Positions 1 through 9,266 of a stretch of 59,777 nucleotides of DNA are shown piece after piece. Within the stretch, counting starts at the first letter, position 1. Each line of letters starts with the position of its first letter. Source of the DNA: Candidatus Falkowbacteria bacterium (GTDB lineage Bacteria > Patescibacteriota > Patescibacteriia > Patescibacteriales > VMTK01); NCBI GenBank assembly GCA_013791585.1, contig VMTK01000061.1, positions 1 to 59,777 on the forward strand, written 5' to 3'. The notes under the pieces are model-generated. The model was not told where the DNA came from. It saw only the letters and a list, made by a program, of their open reading frames with translations, and ran no database searches. The position numbers and the translations under genes were made by a program.

Positions 1-512
1 ACATCATGAAACAAAGCGATTATGGCGGCAAGGCCGTATTTCCATGAAGCCACCGGCTTTGACACCTTCCTGAAAGTCCAAGCAATATATAAAACAATGG
101 CGATTAAAACAATAATTATAGCCAAGACTGACTTGCGCTTAAGCTCTTGGCCGATTGACGGTCCGACAGAATCAAAGCGAAGCTCATCAATTTGATTTTC
201 GCCGCCCATGATATTGAGTTTTTCCAGTATAAGCTGGTGTTTTTCCTCGCTGATATCTTGAAAGCGCAAAATAACCCCGTTATCCCCTGACGGCTGGGCA
301 GTCAAACTGCCTAACCCCAAGTCTTTTAAATTTTCTTGAATTTCTGCCGCGGAAGGCCTGGCGCTTTTAAAATCAACTTCCAGCAAACTGCCGCCAGTAA
401 AATCAATGCCAAGATTAAGTCCCCAAGCGATTATTGCCGCCAAGGACAGAGCAACTAACAGCCCCGAGATGCTTAACCATATTTTTCTTTTTTGGATTAT
501 ATTATAGCTCAT
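1..512 (-). CDS. secF: SecF protein-export membrane protein, N-terminal part (gene runs off the window start)
   Basis: Not in the ORF track because it is partial. Minus-strand ATG at 512. My translation is MSYNIIQKRKIWLSISGLLVALSLAAIIAWGLNLGIDFTGGSLLEVDF...IGQELKRKSVLAIIIVLIAIVLYIAW. This is SecF-like and lies directly downstream of secD. Confidence 0.8.
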   Translation of the reverse strand, partial: MSYNIIQKRKIWLSISGLLVALSLAAIIAWGLNLGIDFTGGSLLEVDFKSARPSAAEIQENLKDLGLGSLTAQPSGDNGVILRFQDISEEKHQLILEKLNIMGGENQIDELRFDSVGPSIGQELKRKSVLAIIIVLIAIVLYIAWTFRKVSKPVASWKYGLAAIIALFHD

Positions 513-578
513 AGCTCATAACGCGTAACGCAAATTATTTAATCATTTAATTAACAATTTAATTAAATTTTAAACAAT

Positions 579-606
579 AACTCGTTAACCCGTTAACCCG
601 TTAACT
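579..606. repeat. GTTAAC-rich repeat, copy A1 (right-arm-only copy, GTTAACCC tandem)
   Basis: aactcgttaacccgttaacccgttaact followed by aattaat...ctttaat. It shares its core and right flank with the copies at 10003-10079 and 12139-12222. Confidence 0.6.
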
Positions 607-631
607 AATTAATACTTTAATTATTAAAAAA

Positions 632-2686
632 TTATATTTTCTTTACTCCCACCAGCCACATTCTCTTCTCCAGCCATTCTCCGCTAGCTAATCTTAAAAA
701 ATTCCTGGTTATAACTATGGCGCTGAACATGGAAATAAGCACGCCCAAGCCAAGAGTAATAGCAAAGCCCTTTATAATGCTGGTTGAAAATTGGATTAAA
801 ATAAAACAAGTTATTAAAGTGGAAACATTGCCGTCGCGGATTGAAGGCCAAGCGCGCATAAACCCTTCTTCAATGGCGCTGTCCAACGGCTTGCCTGATC
901 GCAGCTCCTCCTTAAATCGCTCAAAAATAAGCACATTAGCGTCAACCGCCATGCCGACAGACAATATAAATCCGGCCAATCCTGATAAAGTTAAAGTTAC
1001 CGGCCACAATTTAAAAATAGCGAGAATCAAAGCTCCGTAAATAGCCAGCGCGAAAACAGCCAGCAGTCCGGGCAGCCTATAAAATATAACCATGAAAATC
1101 GCCACTAAAATTAATCCGATGATTCCGGCTCTCAAGCTGTTGGCAACGGATTCCTGGCCCAAGCTGGCACCCACTGTCTGCTGATTTATCAAATGAATCG
1201 GCACCGGAAGCGCGCCGGCATTTAAGCGCTGGGCCAAAAGCTTGGCTTCTTGAATATTAAAATTGCCTGAAATCACGGCTTTGCCGCCGGAAATTTTTTC
1301 ATTGACAGTCGGAACGCTGATGGGATAGCCGTCTAAAAATATGGCTACCGGCTTATTAACATTTCTCTCGGTAATTTCTTCAAACATTTTCGCTCCATCA
1401 TTATCAAATTCCAAAGAAACTTCCGGCGAACTGTCGTTTGGATTAAATTGCACAACTGCTCTTTCCAGATTTTTGCCGGTTAATTCCGTATTCTTCCACT
1501 CATTAGCCGGGCCGAGAATATCTTCCTGGCTTAAAGTACGGATTAAAATATGGCTTACTTTGTATTCTTCCACCGCTCTTTCATCCTGCTTATAAATTAA
1601 ATGGTAGCCGAATTTAGTTTCCACAACATAAGAAATGGCGCCAACTTCCTGCTCAAACACAGTATCTTCAAACGGCTTTACCATAGCTCCCCGGCCAAAC
1701 CAGCCAAGGTCGCCGCCTCTTTCGCCGGCTCCGGGCTCGGTTGAATTTTCTTTAACTAAATTTGCAAAATTATCAGCCGTGGCCTTTTCTTTCAAAGTTT
1801 TTATTTTCGCGTACGCGTCTTCCTTGTTTAAGCCGTTTTCGCACATCTCGCCGCCTTCATAGCAAATCAAAAGATGCGCGGCTTTTACTTCTTTTTCTTC
1901 CTGATCGGTAAAAGGATCTTTTTTAATTCTCTTGTCTTCAACTTTGATAATTTCATAGCCTTGGCTTGTTCTGGCTAAATCAAGGCTGGTTTTTCCCGCT
2001 TCTACGCCGACGGCCATAGAAAATATTTCCGGGTTGTCTTTGGCGGTTATCCAGCCAAAATCCCCTTTGCTTTCTTTAGTGCTTTCATCTTGATTATAAT
2101 CTTCAGCCAAAGCGGCAAAATCTCCGCCGGATAAAACTTTTCCCAAAACTTCTTCTGCCTGTTTTTCCGCCGCAATATTAAAATCATTCAACTGATTTGT
2201 TTCTTCCTCTGTCAATTCCCTTGCCTGATCGCTTTCTTCTTTGAATTCCAGCAAAGGCGTCTCGCCTATCATTTGTATCGCTTCACTAACATCTTTTACC
2301 CCTGCCAATTCAACAATAACTCGGTAATCTCCGGCCGTAGTCCTGTTAACCTGCACCACCGGCTCGCTGACGCCGAACACATTAACCCGGCGCTCTATAA
2401 CATCCCGTACGCCTTCAACCGCGCTGCTTTTATCTTTTTCAGCAATCTGGGAAACATCCGCCTGGTAAATCAAATGCGTGCCGCCCAGCAAGTCTAAACC
2501 TAATCTAAAATTAATTTCTTTTGTTTGCGGCAGCGGCAAACCGAATTTATCAACCGCTTTGTTATAATATTGGCAGACATCCACTAAACTTGCGCCTATA
2601 GTAAGCAAAATTATCAAAACAAAAACCCAGCGGACTTTGCCCCGCGCGCTTGGCTGGAATAATTTTTGAAGTATATTGTCTGACAT
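632..2686 (-). CDS. secD: SecD protein-export membrane protein with parvulin (PpiC-type) PPIase modules inserted in the periplasmic head domain
   Basis: 684-aa ORF. The SecD P1 start is LGLDLLGGTHLIYQAD and the C-terminal SecD/F transmembrane core is GLAGFILSVGMAVDANVLIFERFKEE. The internal segment contains GDLGWFGRGAMVKPFEDTVF...FGYHLIY, a parvulin signature. Confidence 0.85.
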   Translation of the reverse strand: MSDNILQKLFQPSARGKVRWVFVLIILLTIGASLVDVCQYYNKAVDKFGLPLPQTKEINFRLGLDLLGGTHLIYQADVSQIAEKDKSSAVEGVRDVIERRVNVFGVSEPVVQVNRTTAGDYRVIVELAGVKDVSEAIQMIGETPLLEFKEESDQARELTEEETNQLNDFNIAAEKQAEEVLGKVLSGGDFAALAEDYNQDESTKESKGDFGWITAKDNPEIFSMAVGVEAGKTSLDLARTSQGYEIIKVEDKRIKKDPFTDQEEKEVKAAHLLICYEGGEMCENGLNKEDAYAKIKTLKEKATADNFANLVKENSTEPGAGERGGDLGWFGRGAMVKPFEDTVFEQEVGAISYVVETKFGYHLIYKQDERAVEEYKVSHILIRTLSQEDILGPANEWKNTELTGKNLERAVVQFNPNDSSPEVSLEFDNDGAKMFEEITERNVNKPVAIFLDGYPISVPTVNEKISGGKAVISGNFNIQEAKLLAQRLNAGALPVPIHLINQQTVGASLGQESVANSLRAGIIGLILVAIFMVIFYRLPGLLAVFALAIYGALILAIFKLWPVTLTLSGLAGFILSVGMAVDANVLIFERFKEELRSGKPLDSAIEEGFMRAWPSIRDGNVSTLITCFILIQFSTSIIKGFAITLGLGVLISMFSAIVITRNFLRLASGEWLEKRMWLVGVKKI

Positions 2687-2815
2687 GTTTTGAAATTAGA
2701 AACAAGAAATAAGAAAATAAAAAAACACTTTTTAGTGCGATTATATTAATTGCGTAATCCACAGTTTTAATTTTGTGTATTATTATTTTAAACCAAACTA
2801 AAATAAATTGCAACA

Positions 2816-2844
2816 TTGACAAGAATTAAAAAATATGCTAATGT
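2816..2844 (+). promoter_or_regulatory. sigma70-like promoter candidate (TTGACA-17-TAATGT)
   Basis: TTGACA at 2816-2821, a 17-nt spacer, then TAATGT at 2839-2844. It lies about 90 nt upstream of the 2934 ORF. Confidence 0.4.
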
Positions 2845-2933
2845 CCATAAAAGCTCATTAAAATAGTTTAATTGTTTTACAATCAAACTTAAATATAATA
2901 ATACGCAATTTTGTAAAAAAAAGGGGGGCAGCC

Positions 2934-3734
2934 ATGAAAAAATTATTTGTTATGTTAGGTGTTTTGGTTTTATTTGTTGTCTTTACAAAACAAATTTTAG
3001 CTGGAACATACGAAAGCTGGAGAGAAATAAACGGCAAACTGATTTATGAAAAAACGGAATCACACACAACAACAAAAACATACGACCTGCAACCGAGCGG
3101 AGTAAGCGCTGAAGATGCCGGAAAATTAATTAGAGGCGAACTTGATAAATGTACTGTGGAAGAAAAAAAATACAGCTATGGAATAAAACCAATTTGCATC
3201 CCGCAAGAAATAACAACAATAACCAAAAAAAGAATTACTTATGCAGATGGAAAATGGATTTCAGAAGACATTAATTCCAGTACAACAAAAAAAACTAGCT
3301 GGATTACGATAGTATTCTTCATAGTAATACCATTTCTGTTAATACTGTCATCCAGCATAATAAATCAAACTAAAAAGAGTATGGCAGGAAAAATTAAAGG
3401 AATGGGTGATTGGAAGCTTATAGTGTTCTATGGCGTAATCATTTTTACAATTGTCGTATACGGAAATAGTGATGCGTTTGGCTTTATTGCTCATGTTTTC
3501 CTTTTATTACTGCTGATCATAGGCCTCGTGGCTGGTGCTTACAACAGCATGAAACTTGCGATAATTGGATTTTCCTGTGGTGTTATTATCGCTAATTTTT
3601 CTGCCTATTATAATTACCGCCAGGAAATCATTGAATATTCAGCTTTTATATCTTTTGCTTTTTATACTTCATTTATTATAGCAAAAGCTGTAAAAGAAAT
3701 TCTGTTGTGGCGGGAGAAAAAACTCGCCGAATAA
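2934..3734 (+). CDS. hypothetical secreted/membrane protein (signal-peptide-like N-terminus, several C-terminal TM helices)
   Basis: 266-aa ORF preceded by a GGGGGG/AGG-rich RBS. The N-terminus is hydrophobic and there are 4-5 hydrophobic helices in the C-terminal half. No family recognised. Confidence 0.5.
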   Translation: MKKLFVMLGVLVLFVVFTKQILAGTYESWREINGKLIYEKTESHTTTKTYDLQPSGVSAEDAGKLIRGELDKCTVEEKKYSYGIKPICIPQEITTITKKRITYADGKWISEDINSSTTKKTSWITIVFFIVIPFLLILSSSIINQTKKSMAGKIKGMGDWKLIVFYGVIIFTIVVYGNSDAFGFIAHVFLLLLLIIGLVAGAYNSMKLAIIGFSCGVIIANFSAYYNYRQEIIEYSAFISFAFYTSFIIAKAVKEILLWREKKLAE

Positions 3735-3760
3735 ACGGTTTAATAATTCAAAAAACTCAC

Positions 3761-3805
3761 AAGCCCGGCTTATATTTCCATAATATAATGTCCGGGCTTT
3801 TTATT
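3761..3805 (+). terminator. rho-independent terminator
   Basis: The stem aagcccgg (3761-3768) pairs with ccgggctt (3792-3799) and is followed by a T-run. It lies just after the 2934-3734 stop. Confidence 0.6.
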
Positions 3806-3939
3806 TTTCTTACTTCTATGTTTTATTAACAATTCTGGCAATTTGACATTTTTAAAATAACAGATTAAGATAACACATTAAAGGAATAATCCTTTAATTG
3901 AACTTTAAAAAAAGCATAAGTTAAAAAAGGAGTTAAGCT

Positions 3940-3993
3940 ATGAAAGAGTTTCTTGCGAAAATTTTAATTGAAATAAGGAGGAAAATATTATGA
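3940..3993 (+). CDS. 17-codon upstream ORF (MKEFLAKILIEIRRKIL) coupled to the radical SAM gene
   Basis: AAGGAG lies 7 nt upstream of the ATG at 3940. The TGA stop at 3991-3993 overlaps the ATG of the next gene (TTATGA). The peptide is predicted to be an amphipathic helix. Confidence 0.25.
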   Translation: MKEFLAKILIEIRRKIL

Positions 3994-5483
3994 AAGTGCT
4001 TTTTGTATATCCAAATTTAGGATGGGGCGTATCTCCCTGCATGGGCATTGCGACACTCTCAGCTGTTCTCAAAAATAAATCACATAATGTTAAATTGATA
4101 TATCTAAATGAATTTATGGGGTTTCCGCTTGACTTAATGAAAATAAAAGGAACTATCGAAGATTACAATCCTGATCTTATTGGGTTTTCAACGACAACAA
4201 ATCAATTTACTATAGCCATAGAAGTTGCTCAGTTTATAAAACGAAAGGTTAATAAAAAAATTCCTATATTATTTGGAGGAATGCATGCGACTATGAATCC
4301 GAAGGAAACGCTTAACCATAGCTGTGTGGATATGATTATTTTAGGAGAAGGTGAAGAGGCGATTCTCGAGCTGGCAGAAAGGATGCAAAAAAATCAGGAT
4401 ATCAGCAAAGTTAAAAATCTATGGTTAAAGAAAGAAAAACAAATTATAGAAAATGGTCTGAGGCCTTATGTGTCTTTAGAAACATTGCCATTTATGGATG
4501 TTGCTGTAATGGATTATCAAAAAGTTATAGATCATCGCAATGGTTGGGTTGATGTGATGGTAACAAGAGGATGTCCAAGGAATTGTACATATTGTTTTAA
4601 TGATTCATACAAGGCGATGTATGAAAACACATGCGATAAGGCAGGAAAATATGTAAGAGTAGACGATTATTTTAAAACAATAGATGGTATTAAGGATATT
4701 CTAAACAAGTACGACAATATTAAAGCTATAAACTTTTATGATGATGATTTTCTGTTGCCACTTTCTATTATCAATTTCGTTAATTTATTCAAAAGAGAAA
4801 TAAATTTACCCTTTATGATAAATGCTCATGTCAATTCTATAACTGATAAGAATATATCTGCTTTAAAGCATTGTGGTTGCGATTTAATAAAAATTGGTCT
4901 GGAATCAGGTAGTTATCGAATAAGAAAAGATGTTTTAAATCGCCCTATAACTCTTAGGCAATTTATTGAAAAAATAAATATTATTAAAAAATATGGGGTT
5001 AAACTATTCACCTTTAACATGATTGGCTTGCCGACCGAAGAAAAAGAGGATGTATTTGAAACTTTGCGATTGAACGCACAAATACAACCAAATGTCGTAC
5101 GTATTGCGACCTTTTACCCTTACACGGGAACTTCAATTTATTTCTTATGTCAAAAACTGAATCTATTGCAAAAAAATCAGAGTGAAGGACACTTAACATA
5201 CTTCGAAAAGTCCATCTTGAATTTTGACAATCGTTTCAAGTTATTTTTACTAAAAATTCTAAGGTATTTTGATTGTTATTTAAACTATTTTAATACAAAT
5301 ATCTCCTTTTATTATGAAGATATGATAGATAGAATTAAATTGCTTTCAGATCCTGAACTCAATTCTGGTATTATACAAAAAAAACTTCAAAAAGAGATTG
5401 GAGCGATATCAAAAAATTTGTCTTCAGATGGAGTTCCGCACTATGTTAAAAAATTTACCCCTTATTATGCAGTTAGAATATAG
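3990..5483 (+). CDS. B12-binding-domain radical SAM enzyme (class B), orphan copy
   Basis: 497 aa. The N-terminus is a Rossmann-like B12-binding segment (LIGFSTTTNQF...GGMHAT). The CxxxCxxC motif is TRGCPRNCTYCFN. A strong AAGGAGG RBS precedes the gene. Confidence 0.8.
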   Translation: MKVLFVYPNLGWGVSPCMGIATLSAVLKNKSHNVKLIYLNEFMGFPLDLMKIKGTIEDYNPDLIGFSTTTNQFTIAIEVAQFIKRKVNKKIPILFGGMHATMNPKETLNHSCVDMIILGEGEEAILELAERMQKNQDISKVKNLWLKKEKQIIENGLRPYVSLETLPFMDVAVMDYQKVIDHRNGWVDVMVTRGCPRNCTYCFNDSYKAMYENTCDKAGKYVRVDDYFKTIDGIKDILNKYDNIKAINFYDDDFLLPLSIINFVNLFKREINLPFMINAHVNSITDKNISALKHCGCDLIKIGLESGSYRIRKDVLNRPITLRQFIEKINIIKKYGVKLFTFNMIGLPTEEKEDVFETLRLNAQIQPNVVRIATFYPYTGTSIYFLCQKLNLLQKNQSEGHLTYFEKSILNFDNRFKLFLLKILRYFDCYLNYFNTNISFYYEDMIDRIKLLSDPELNSGIIQKKLQKEIGAISKNLSSDGVPHYVKKFTPYYAVRI

Positions 5484-5520
5484 TTGTATTTTTTAAGGGC
5501 TTACGCTTAACAAAATAAAA

Positions 5521-5564
5521 AGAGCAGGACTTGTGATTAACCGCAAGCCCTGCTCTATTTTTTT
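5521..5564. terminator. bidirectional rho-independent terminator between convergent genes
   Basis: A 13-bp stem with one mismatch pairs agagcaggacttg (5521-5533) with caagccctgctct (5544-5556). An A-run lies upstream and a T-run downstream. Confidence 0.6.
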
Positions 5565-6040
5565 GCCAAGTCATACAATTCTGGCTTACCTTTGCCTTTG
5601 CGTTCAACTTTTAAACCAAAGTGTTTGCTTAAAAACATTCTCTGCTCACGAACCGTATTATTAGGAATAATTTTAAAGAACCCAAATTCTTGTGAATTCT
5701 CATCCGTGTGTATATTATTGGAAGTAATTTTAGACAGAAAAGCAATACCAATCGGCTGGCTAAAATAGTTTTCTAAAGTATATTCAATAATACCTATCAT
5801 TTTTTCAATTTTTATCTTTACCCCCAACTCCTCTTCAGCTACCCTCTTAACAGCCTGTTCTATCCTTTCACCTTTAAGAACAGTACCTCCTGGTATATGC
5901 CATTGCCCATTTAATGGTTCAATACTTCTTTTAGTAAGGAGCACCCCTTTATCACTTTGTATCACAACCTCTACACATAATCGCGGAACACGCGTATAGA
6001 TATGTTTAAATTCTGCAAAAGATAATTTTTTCGGTTTCAT
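5555..6040 (-). CDS. NUDIX hydrolase (GDP-mannose mannosyl hydrolase-like size and box)
   Basis: 161 aa. Nudix box GGTVLKGERIEQAVKRVAEEELGV. Confidence 0.65.
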   Translation of the reverse strand: MKPKKLSFAEFKHIYTRVPRLCVEVVIQSDKGVLLTKRSIEPLNGQWHIPGGTVLKGERIEQAVKRVAEEELGVKIKIEKMIGIIEYTLENYFSQPIGIAFLSKITSNNIHTDENSQEFGFFKIIPNNTVREQRMFLSKHFGLKVERKGKGKPELYDLAKK

Positions 6041-6147
6041 AAATTTGATATAAAAAAATTATTGGCATGTTTGCCGGCGGTATGATTATAATTCAAGAAT
6101 ATTTAATTTTTGCGACTTTAGTATTTTATGTTTCTTACTTCTTACTT

Positions 6148-9090
6148 CTACTTCCCACAGCACTTCTTAAACTTTTTCCCGCTCCCGCAAGGGCAAGGAT
6201 CATTTCTGCCAACCTTATTCCCGCTCGCGTCCTTAATTTTAGATTTTATTAAATCTATACTGTTTTCGTGTTTTCGTGTTTTCGTGTTTTCGCGCGTGCC
6301 GGTCCCGCTACTCGCCTCTACTTGTCTAAAGCCCGAAAAAGAAGATGTTCCATGCTCCATCACCTTTGCCGGCGCGCTAAACTGTTTTGCCCTGTCAGCC
6401 AGCCCGGGAGCTCTGAATTCTTGCACTTGGCCTACTTTAAAAATAGAATAAACAACCTGTTTTTGTATCAAGCTGTTAAGCTCGTTATACAAGTGATACG
6501 CTTCTTTTTTGTATTCAATCAACGGATCGCGCTGGCCATAGCCGCGCAATCCTATCCCCTGCCTCATGCCGGCCATCGCTTCCAAATGCTCTATCCATAA
6601 TGTATCAATTGATCGGATCAAAACCGCTTTTTCTATTTTTTCCCAATTTAAACCAGCTTGCTTAGCGCTGTTTTCTATTTTTTCATAATTGCTTTTTGCC
6701 AAGCCGGCTAAATGCTCAATAATGGCAGTCCTTGCCTTGACCGCGTTAAGCTTCCCCTGATTTTCAGTAAATTCAGCCAAATCGCTTTTTAATTTTTCTT
6801 CCACCGGAAAGATGGTTGAAGCAACTTGATAAATTTCTTCCAAATTCCAACCACTAACAACATCCCCCGCGGTATGAAAACCAACAACATGCTCAATCTC
6901 ACTCTCTATCATCCCTAAAATAATATCCGGCAAATCCTGACTGTCATCCTGAGGCGAAGCAGAAGAATTCCGTTGTTCATGTGATACATCATCTTTGCTT
7001 TCGTGTTTTTGTGTTTTCGTGTTTTCGTGTTTTCGTGTTTCAGTGTTTTCGTGTTTTGAGGCGAAGCCGAGTGTTTTCGTGTTTTCGTGTTCCGCAATCT
7101 CCAGTATCTCACGGCGTCTCTTGTATATACTCTCCCGATGCTTATTTATAACATCATCATATTCAACCAGATGCTTTCTGATGTCAAAATTATTGCCCTC
7201 AACTTTTTTTTGCGCCGATTCAATTGATCTGGAAACAATTTTATTTTCAATCGGCATATCTTCCGGAACGCGCAATGTCGCCATTAAATTTTTCATCCTG
7301 TCGCCGCCGAAAATGCGCATCAAATCATCTTCCATGGAAACATAAAATTGGGACGAACCCGGGTCGCCTTGCCGTCCGGCGCGGCCGCGCAATTGGTTGT
7401 CAATGCGCCTTGATTCATGCCTTTCCGTGCCAATCACATGCAAGCCGCCAAGCTCTTTCACTTTTTCTTCCAAAACAATATCAACCCCGCGCCCCGCCAT
7501 GTTAGTGGCGATTGTCACGGCGCCGAACCGTCCTGCCTCAGCTATGATTTTTGCCTCTTTTTCATGATGTTTGGCGTTTAAGATTTGCGCCTGCACGCCC
7601 TCGCGCGCCAGCATTTCGCCGAGCAATTCATTTTTTTCAATTGATATGGTGCCAACCAATACCGGCTGGCCTTTTTTATTTCTATTTTTTATTTCTTCAA
7701 TAACCGCTTTAAATTTTCCTTGTTCCGAGCGGTAAATCAAATCATTCATATCATTCCTCTGCATCGGCTTGTTGGTCGGAACTACCAATGTCTCCAAGCT
7801 GTAAATCTTGGAAAATTCTTCCGCTTCGGTGACAGCGGTTCCGGTCATGCCGGCTAATTTAGCATACATTCTAAAATAATTTTGAAAAGTGATAGTTGCC
7901 AAAGTCTGGCTTTCGCGCTGAATCGCCACGCCCTCTTTGGCTTCTATGGCCTGATGCAATCCTTCGCTATAGCGCCTGCCGCGCATTAAGCGGCCGGTAA
8001 ATTCATCCACGATTATAACCTGATTCTCTTGCACTACATAATCGCGGTCGCGCTTGAACAAAACATTCGCTTTTAGCGCCTGCTCAATATGGTGGACTTC
8101 GCGGATGCCGCCTGAAACATAAATATTCTCCACTCCCAGCCATTTTTCCATCTTGGTTATGCCGGCCTCGGACAGCGTGACAGCTCTCATTTTTTCATCT
8201 ACATTATAATCTTCATTCTCTTTTAATTTTTGCACCAGCTGGGAAAATTTAAAATATTTGTCGGTTGATTCTTCGGCCGGCGCGCTGATTATCAAAGGCG
8301 TCCGCGCCTCGTCAATCAAAATAGAATCAACTTCGTCAACAATCGCGTAATATAATTCGCGCTGGGACATCGCGTCCAAATTCGGCGCCATATTGTCGCG
8401 CAAATAATCAAAGCCGAATTCATTATTCGTGCCGTACAAAATATCGCAATCGTAAGCTTTTTTGCGCTCCACCGGCCTAAAATGCTTCAGCCGGTCGTCA
8501 TACTGGGAATCATCGCTAAAATCAGGATCATAAACCAAAGCGGAATCATGGATAATCACGCCCGTTGTCATGCCGAGCGAATGATAAACAGGCGACATCC
8601 AACCGGCGCCTATGCTGGATAAATAATCATTAACAGTCACCAAATGAACGCCTTTGCCTGCCAAAGCGTTTAAATACAGCGGCAATGTGGCAACCAAAGT
8701 TTTGCCCTCGCCGGTTTTCATTTCAGTAATCTGCCCGCGGTGCAGAATTATGCCGCCCATCAGCTGGACATCATAATGCCGCTGGCCCAATATTCTTTTC
8801 GCCGCCTCGCGAACAACCGCGAACGCCTCCGGCAAAATGGAGTCTAATTGAGAATTAAGATTTTGCTTACATTCTTTTTCTTTCTCTGAATCCCTAATTT
8901 CCAATTTCAAATTTCCAATTTCAAATTTCTTTTTTAACTTACCGGTCATCCCCTTCAACTCCTCATCGCTCATTTTTTCAAACCTGCTTTCCAGCCCATT
9001 AATTTCATCAACAATCGGCTGTAATGATTTAATTATTTTTTCATTCGGATCCCCGAATAATTTGCTAAAAATTTTCATATTAAAAAACAC
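6148..9090 (-). CDS. secA: preprotein translocase ATPase SecA with repeat-derived insertions
   Basis: 980 aa. Motor motifs are MKTGEGKTLVATLP, DEVDSILIDEARTPLIIS and TNMAGRGVDI. The C-terminal zinc finger is CPCGSGKKFKKCCG. The likely true start is MKIFSKLFG at 9078. Confidence 0.95.
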   Translation of the reverse strand: MFFNMKIFSKLFGDPNEKIIKSLQPIVDEINGLESRFEKMSDEELKGMTGKLKKKFEIGNLKLEIRDSEKEKECKQNLNSQLDSILPEAFAVVREAAKRILGQRHYDVQLMGGIILHRGQITEMKTGEGKTLVATLPLYLNALAGKGVHLVTVNDYLSSIGAGWMSPVYHSLGMTTGVIIHDSALVYDPDFSDDSQYDDRLKHFRPVERKKAYDCDILYGTNNEFGFDYLRDNMAPNLDAMSQRELYYAIVDEVDSILIDEARTPLIISAPAEESTDKYFKFSQLVQKLKENEDYNVDEKMRAVTLSEAGITKMEKWLGVENIYVSGGIREVHHIEQALKANVLFKRDRDYVVQENQVIIVDEFTGRLMRGRRYSEGLHQAIEAKEGVAIQRESQTLATITFQNYFRMYAKLAGMTGTAVTEAEEFSKIYSLETLVVPTNKPMQRNDMNDLIYRSEQGKFKAVIEEIKNRNKKGQPVLVGTISIEKNELLGEMLAREGVQAQILNAKHHEKEAKIIAEAGRFGAVTIATNMAGRGVDIVLEEKVKELGGLHVIGTERHESRRIDNQLRGRAGRQGDPGSSQFYVSMEDDLMRIFGGDRMKNLMATLRVPEDMPIENKIVSRSIESAQKKVEGNNFDIRKHLVEYDDVINKHRESIYKRRREILEIAEHENTKTLGFASKHENTETRKHENTKTQKHESKDDVSHEQRNSSASPQDDSQDLPDIILGMIESEIEHVVGFHTAGDVVSGWNLEEIYQVASTIFPVEEKLKSDLAEFTENQGKLNAVKARTAIIEHLAGLAKSNYEKIENSAKQAGLNWEKIEKAVLIRSIDTLWIEHLEAMAGMRQGIGLRGYGQRDPLIEYKKEAYHLYNELNSLIQKQVVYSIFKVGQVQEFRAPGLADRAKQFSAPAKVMEHGTSSFSGFRQVEASSGTGTRENTKTRKHENSIDLIKSKIKDASGNKVGRNDPCPCGSGKKFKKCCGK
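6262..6293. repeat. 8-nt tandem repeat (GTTTTCGT)x4 inside the secA 3' region
   Basis: gttttcgt gttttcgt gttttcgt gttttcgc. On the coding strand this encodes RENTKTRKHEN. Confidence 0.9.
6997..7096. repeat. 8-nt tandem repeat array (GTTTTCGT and variants, about 11 units, one 12-nt interruption) inside secA
   Basis: gctttcgt gtttttgt gttttcgt x3 gtttcagt gttttcgt gttttgag ... gttttcgt x2. This encodes HENTKT(L/R/Q)K repeats. Confidence 0.9.
8896..8929. repeat. AT-rich 16-nt duplication (aatttccaatttcaaa x2) inside the secA 5' region
   Basis: Seen directly. It encodes KKKFEIGNLKLEI. It is related to the intergenic atttcaaatttctaatttc repeats (reverse complement of about 17957-17990). Confidence 0.7.
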
Positions 9091-9191
9091 GCTTAAGCGT
9101 GATTAATTGCTATTTAATATTCAAATTATACACCTTGCTTAATAAAAAAACAACCCCCATTTTGCCAATAGCAAAACCCGATTCCCCGCCG

Positions 9192-9266
9192 CGTCGCAGT
9201 CTCTCAGCAGAGGACTGCGACGGTATGCCTATCCACCGCCACAGTCCCCTTTCGGGAGACTGTGGC
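9192..9266. other. two GC-rich bulged hairpins (family C copy 1 plus a companion hairpin)
   Basis: At 9192-9222, cgtcgcagtCTCTcagcAGAGgactgcgacg. At 9238-9266, gccacagtcccctttcgggagactgtggc. The first shares the loop CTCTCAGCAGAGGA with 21686-21714. Confidence 0.6.

Noticed and set aside
6915-7345. ORFs 6915-7112 (-) and 6995-7345 (+) with KHENTKT/VFVFSCF repeats
   Set aside because: These are alternative-frame or antisense readings of the 8-nt repeat array inside secA. The secA frame is continuous and conserved on both sides.
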